NCBI GenBank assembly: GCA_965372715.1
Contig: CBDVDH010000004.1
Span: 62,001 to 99,180, forward strand
Direction of reading: 5' to 3'
Length of the DNA: 37,180 nt
Origin: an uncultured bacterium
GTDB lineage: Bacteria > B130-G9
Part shown: positions 33,483-37,180 of the stretch, in pieces
How positions within the stretch are numbered: position 1 is the first letter of the stretch
How the letters are laid out: every line of letters starts with the position of its first letter
Made by a program: the position numbers and the translations under genes
Notes under the pieces: generated by a model
Told to the model about the DNA's origin: nothing
Seen by the model: only the letters and a program-made list of their open reading frames with translations
Database searches by the model: none

Positions 33483-34826
33483 ATGAAGGACCTCAGGGCC
33501 GACGCGTTAAAGATATTTGAGGCGGGACTTGCTGCTGCCGACGGTGGTGAGGCGGTCAAACGAGCTGTGAAGCGGATCGAAAGCGACGTTGTCATCGAGT
33601 CGCTAGATTCAATTGTGCGCTTCAATCTCGACGAGTTCGAACGTGTGTTTCTCGTCGGCGGGGGCAAGGCCGGGGCCCCGATGGCAGAGGCGCTGCTCGA
33701 GGCGATTGGCAATGATAGGGTCACACAAGGGGTGATCGCGATTCCGCTCGGCAGCGACCGGCCGGACATCCCCGCTAACATCCGCGTCATCGAGGCGACT
33801 CATCCACTGCCGAGCGACGCCGCGGTCGCGGGCGCCAGGCGCACGATCGAGCTGGCGAACGATGCGACGGAAAGGGACCTCATCATTTTTCTGCTGTCCG
33901 GCGGGGCTTCCGCCATGCTGCCGCTTCCGGTCGAGGGCGTCTGCCTTGCCGACAAAGTCGAAACCACCAAGCAGCTCTTGGCGTCTGGCGCCACGATCGA
34001 CGAGATCAACGCAATCAGGAAACACATATCGGCCATCAAAGGCGGCCAGCTCATGAAGGCCGCATACCCCGCGCGGGTCATCTCGCTCATTATGTCCGAC
34101 GTGATTGGCGAGCGCCTCGAATCGGTCGGGTCGGGCCCCACCATCAGGAACACCACGACGTTCGCCGAGTGCCTCGAAATCGTGGGCCGATACCGGCTAT
34201 CGAGGAAGCTGCCGAGGCCCGTGTTGAAGCGATTGAGGGACGGCGCTCTGGGCAAGTTCGCCGGGCCTGAGGACGTCCCAGAAAAAGTCTTCGAGAGGTG
34301 CGACAACGTCGTGGTTTGCAGCAACGATCTGGCGCTGATTGCTTGCCAGAAGGCAGCAGGCGAGCTTGGATACTCCACTCTGAATCTCGGCTCATACATC
34401 TTTGGCGAGGCGCGTGAGGTGGCGAAGGTCATGGCAGGGATAGGGAAGTCAGCGCAATCGCGTGGATATCCCGTAAGCCCGCCATGCTGTATCATCTCCG
34501 GTGGCGAGTTGACCGTTACCCTCTCAGGAGATGGCATCGGCGGTCGGAACCAGGAGTTCGCGCTTGCGGCTGGGTTGCACCTCCACGGCACAGATGGCAT
34601 CCTGATTCTGAGCGCCGGAACGGACGGGATCGATGGCGCAAGCGACGCGGCGGGGGCGATCGCTGACGGCGGCACGGTTCCGCGCGGGGGCTACGAGGGC
34701 ATGGAGATTGCCGATTACCTCGACCGCAACGATTCGTTTTCGTATCTTGACGCCATAGGCGATACGATTGTAACGGGCCGAACGGGCACAAACGTCATGG
34801 ACATTCGATTGGTTTTCGTGGGGTAG
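33483..34826 (+). CDS. Glycerate 2-kinase, MOFRL family (TtuD/GckA-like)
   Basis: GGGKAGAPMA, ATHPLP, LLSGGASAM, INAIRKHISAIKGG, SDVIG, GSGPT, ISGGELTV, GGRNQEFAL, GTDGIDG and TGRTGTNVMD. Confidence 0.95.
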   Translation: MKDLRADALKIFEAGLAAADGGEAVKRAVKRIESDVVIESLDSIVRFNLDEFERVFLVGGGKAGAPMAEALLEAIGNDRVTQGVIAIPLGSDRPDIPANIRVIEATHPLPSDAAVAGARRTIELANDATERDLIIFLLSGGASAMLPLPVEGVCLADKVETTKQLLASGATIDEINAIRKHISAIKGGQLMKAAYPARVISLIMSDVIGERLESVGSGPTIRNTTTFAECLEIVGRYRLSRKLPRPVLKRLRDGALGKFAGPEDVPEKVFERCDNVVVCSNDLALIACQKAAGELGYSTLNLGSYIFGEAREVAKVMAGIGKSAQSRGYPVSPPCCIISGGELTVTLSGDGIGGRNQEFALAAGLHLHGTDGILILSAGTDGIDGASDAAGAIADGGTVPRGGYEGMEIADYLDRNDSFSYLDAIGDTIVTGRTGTNVMDIRLVFVG

Positions 34827-34921
34827 GGGCGTATTGCATACGCCCATGCATCGACGGGCCATACGCCCCATAAGCTACCGTTCGGAGGATGTGTTTGAGG
34901 GCGTATTGCATACGCCCATGC
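34823..34921 (+). repeat. REP-like doublet (two copies of palindrome GGGCGTATTGCATACGCCC)
   Basis: Copies at 34827-34845 (preceded by GTAG, which contains the kinase stop) and 34899-34917, both followed by ATGC. A partial third copy CATACGCCCC lies between them. Confidence 0.85.
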
Positions 34922-34954
34922 GATGATCCGGCCATACGTATTGGAGACGATGTT

Positions 34955-36034
34955 ATGAAAAGGATTGAAGTCAGCCTCGGCGACGCCACCTATCCAATAC
35001 TGATCGAGGCGAGTTCATTCGATCAGATAGGCAAGCAGCTCCTTGAGCGATTTCAGCCGGATGTTCCGGTGGTGGTCGTTTCCGACGAGAACGTTGCACG
35101 CATCTGGCTTGAGAACATTGAAGGCGTCCTGCACGAGGCTGGCTTTGAGACTCTCGCCCACATAATCAGGCCGGGCGAGGCGTCCAAGCGTCTCGAGACG
35201 GCGGCTGAGATATATGATTTCCTTATCGAGAATAAGACCCCGCGCGGTGGCGTCATCATTGGCCTGGGTGGAGGTGTCGTAGGGGATATCGCCTCGTTCG
35301 TCGCCTCAACCTATATGCGGGGCGTGCCCTACGTCGCCGTTCCGACGTCGCTTCTGGCGCAGGTCGATTCGAGTGTCGGCGGGAAGACCGGTCTGCACCA
35401 TCGCGGCGAGAAAAACGTCATCGGGACGTTCTATCAACCCCGGTTTGTACTGATTGACACCGACTGCCTCTCGACGCTGCCCAGACGAGAGCTACTCGCG
35501 GGTATGGCGGAGATCGTGAAACATGGGGCCATAGGAGACGAGGAGTTCTTCTCGTTCCTGGAGAGGGATTATAGGGCAGTCCTCAATCTGAAGAGAGACT
35601 CCCTCCTTCGAGTAGTTGAGGATTGCTGCCGGCTCAAGGCCGAGGTCGTCACCGAGGATGAGTGCGATGAACGCGCAAGACACGTGTTGAATTATGGCCA
35701 CACAATTGCCCACGCGCTGGAGGGTTTGACAGGTTTCAGGCAGTTCATGCACGGCGAGGCGGTCAGTATCGGGATAGTCGCGGCCGCGAAGGTCTCCCGG
35801 GCAATCGGCAAGTGCACGGACGAGGATGTGCGCCGCCAGGAGCGCCTCCTGAGGAGCATCGGCCTGCCCACGAAGCTCGACAAGAGCTTCATTCCAAGAC
35901 TACTTGACCACCTCTACGCCGACAAGAAGCGCGTGGCGGACAAAATCCAGTTCGTCGTCTGCACGGGCATCGGCTCAGCCGACATCTGGCCCGTCACCCC
36001 CGAGGAGCTCGTCAGAATCCTGTCGGCTACTTAG
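34955..36034 (+). CDS. aroB: 3-dehydroquinate synthase
   Basis: PGEASK, LGGGVVGD, YMRGVP, PTSLLAQVDSSVGGKTG, KNVIGTFYQP, LNYGHTIAHALE and HGEAVSIG. Start at ATG 34955 after GGAG. Confidence 0.97.
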   Translation: MKRIEVSLGDATYPILIEASSFDQIGKQLLERFQPDVPVVVVSDENVARIWLENIEGVLHEAGFETLAHIIRPGEASKRLETAAEIYDFLIENKTPRGGVIIGLGGGVVGDIASFVASTYMRGVPYVAVPTSLLAQVDSSVGGKTGLHHRGEKNVIGTFYQPRFVLIDTDCLSTLPRRELLAGMAEIVKHGAIGDEEFFSFLERDYRAVLNLKRDSLLRVVEDCCRLKAEVVTEDECDERARHVLNYGHTIAHALEGLTGFRQFMHGEAVSIGIVAAAKVSRAIGKCTDEDVRRQERLLRSIGLPTKLDKSFIPRLLDHLYADKKRVADKIQFVVCTGIGSADIWPVTPEELVRILSAT

Positions 36035-36161
36035 GCCCCTGCGAATATCGGGTGGCGCCGTCCTTCGTGAGGAACCAGACGTCGCCGTTGGGGGCGCTCT
36101 TCATTCGCGATACCCAGTCGCAGATGGGGACGTCCTTTTCGGTGAGGTCCGCCCAATTCGG
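36027..36161 (-). pseudogene. Remnant encoding one beta-propeller (Reg_prop-like) blade
   Basis: Hand translation gives PNWADLTEKDVPICDWVSRMKSAPNGDVWFLTKDGATRYSQGPK*, which resembles SEAPDGSLWVGTWNGLARF in the neighbouring gene. No credible start or RBS. Confidence 0.6.
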
Positions 36162-36199
36162 GACAACTATGAAACAGTGTTGACTGTGTGAGAAAGTAC

Positions 36200-36228
36200 T
36201 TGACAAGTCGCTCAGTGGGTTCTATTTT
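36200..36228 (+). promoter_or_regulatory. sigma70 promoter for the propeller gene
   Basis: TTGACA (36200-36205), 17-nt spacer, TATTTT (36223-36228), in an A+T-rich tract. Confidence 0.55.
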
Positions 36229-36352
36229 GAAGAGTTCTTTTTACAACAAGAAATTACAATGTGGAAAACAGGGGTTGGAGCCTAACGTTTCCAGACGCCC
36301 GGGACGGGCATATTGAAAAACCTATTGACAAAACACAAGGAGGAATGATGAA

Positions 36353-37180
36353 ATGACGAGGTTTAGGTGGACGGCGATTTTGTTGGTCTTTTTTCTGTTT
36401 GCCTGCGTTTGCGGAGCAGGGATTTGTCAGACTTGGAAGAGCTACGTGAAAGAGGACGGCTATGGGAAGCTGCTCGTTGAGGGCGACTATCTGTGGTCGG
36501 CCGGAGCGGTGCTCTACCGATTCGACGTCAACACGCGCGCCGCGAGGGTCTATCGGCGCGGCGACGGCCTGCCGGAGAACAACCTCAGCTGCATCGCGGT
36601 TGACTCGCAGGGCACAAAATGGCTGGGCACGGCCAGTCGGGGCCTGTGGCTCTTCGATGGCGTCGCGTTTGAACCGTTCGGGGCGCAGCAGCAGCTGGGC
36701 AAGAGCAGCATAGGTTGCCTTGCCGTAGATGGCGACGATAACGTCTGGACCGCGGCCTTAGGCGCCAAAGGGCTCAGTGTTTGGGACGGGCAGCTCGTGA
36801 GGTTCTACGGCGAGGAAAGCGGCCTCGAGGGAACCATTCGGGGCGTCACGGACAATGGCAATGCCGCGTGGTGCTGCACCCAAAAGGGCATATTCCGCCT
36901 TGACGGGGAGCAATGGGTAAAGGAGAAGGAAAAGGCTCACTATGAGATATTCAGCGATAGCGAGGGCAATATATGGGCAGCGAACTACAGTGAGACGGGC
37001 AATGTGGTTTGCTTTGACGGCGCCGAATGGTCGGCATACTCAGTCTCTACCGGACACGGGTCAAACCCGTTTGGGTTTTCAGAGGCTCCAGACGGCTCGC
37101 TTTGGGTTGGGACTTGGAACGGCCTGGCCCGGTTCGACGGCGAGTCCTGGACCGGGTACACGCCCGGGGACGGCATGCCC
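36353..37180 (+). CDS. Secreted two-component-regulator-type beta-propeller protein (3'-partial)
   Basis: Not in the ORF track. ATG 36353 follows AAGGAGG and the frame is open to the edge: MTRFRWTAILLVFFLFACVCGAG..., DGLPENNLSCIAVDSQGTKWLGT, LAVDGDDNVW, DSEGNIW, APDGSLWVGTWNGLARFDGESW. Confidence 0.9.
   Translation, partial: MTRFRWTAILLVFFLFACVCGAGICQTWKSYVKEDGYGKLLVEGDYLWSAGAVLYRFDVNTRAARVYRRGDGLPENNLSCIAVDSQGTKWLGTASRGLWLFDGVAFEPFGAQQQLGKSSIGCLAVDGDDNVWTAALGAKGLSVWDGQLVRFYGEESGLEGTIRGVTDNGNAAWCCTQKGIFRLDGEQWVKEKEKAHYEIFSDSEGNIWAANYSETGNVVCFDGAEWSAYSVSTGHGSNPFGFSEAPDGSLWVGTWNGLARFDGESWTGYTPGDGMP

Noticed and set aside
33800-34675. 291-aa minus-strand ORF and similar long antisense ORFs elsewhere (e.g. 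28034-28735, 9012-9626)
   Set aside because: These are antisense shadows of well-supported genes, as expected in GC-rich DNA.
34823-34921. Mini CRISPR array
   Set aside because: There are only two palindromic units with a GTAG-REP signature and no cas genes. The AddAB nuclease domains are Cas4-like only by fold.

Overview
A 37.2 kb chromosomal window from a GC-rich diderm bacterium (kdsC and lapB indicate LPS; I cannot assign the lineage from sequence alone). Most of it is housekeeping: partial batB-like VWA gene, two GT-C-type membrane glycosyltransferases, tRNA-Leu(CAG), moxR, addB-addA, pcrA/uvrD, a ComEA-like HhH gene, HDOD, tatD, galT, a Gfo/Idh/MocA oxidoreductase, a TPR protein, lapB, kdsC, a secreted beta-helix protein, MOFRL glycerate kinase, aroB and a partial secreted beta-propeller gene. 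Two accessory blocks stand out. (1) At 22.5-25.0 kb, an orphan Rhs core carries a 20-cysteine C-terminal domain, a 93-nt in-frame palindromic insertion and a D-to-E change at the first conserved DP motif. It is followed by a large secreted propeller-like partner, and the pair is bracketed by a 24/26-nt direct repeat. (2) At 7.3-9.8 kb, a HEPN-motif gene, an orphan DUF104-type antitoxin and an ADP-ribosylglycohydrolase sit where moxR's usual partners would be. The window also holds several deletion scars that the ORF track misses or only partly shows (an internally deleted alcohol dehydrogenase, a duplicated glycosyltransferase C-terminus, a propeller-blade remnant), and GTAG-type REP palindromes that supply stop codons to three genes. 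No integrase, transposase or CRISPR array was seen. All family calls come from motif recognition by eye; no searches were run.
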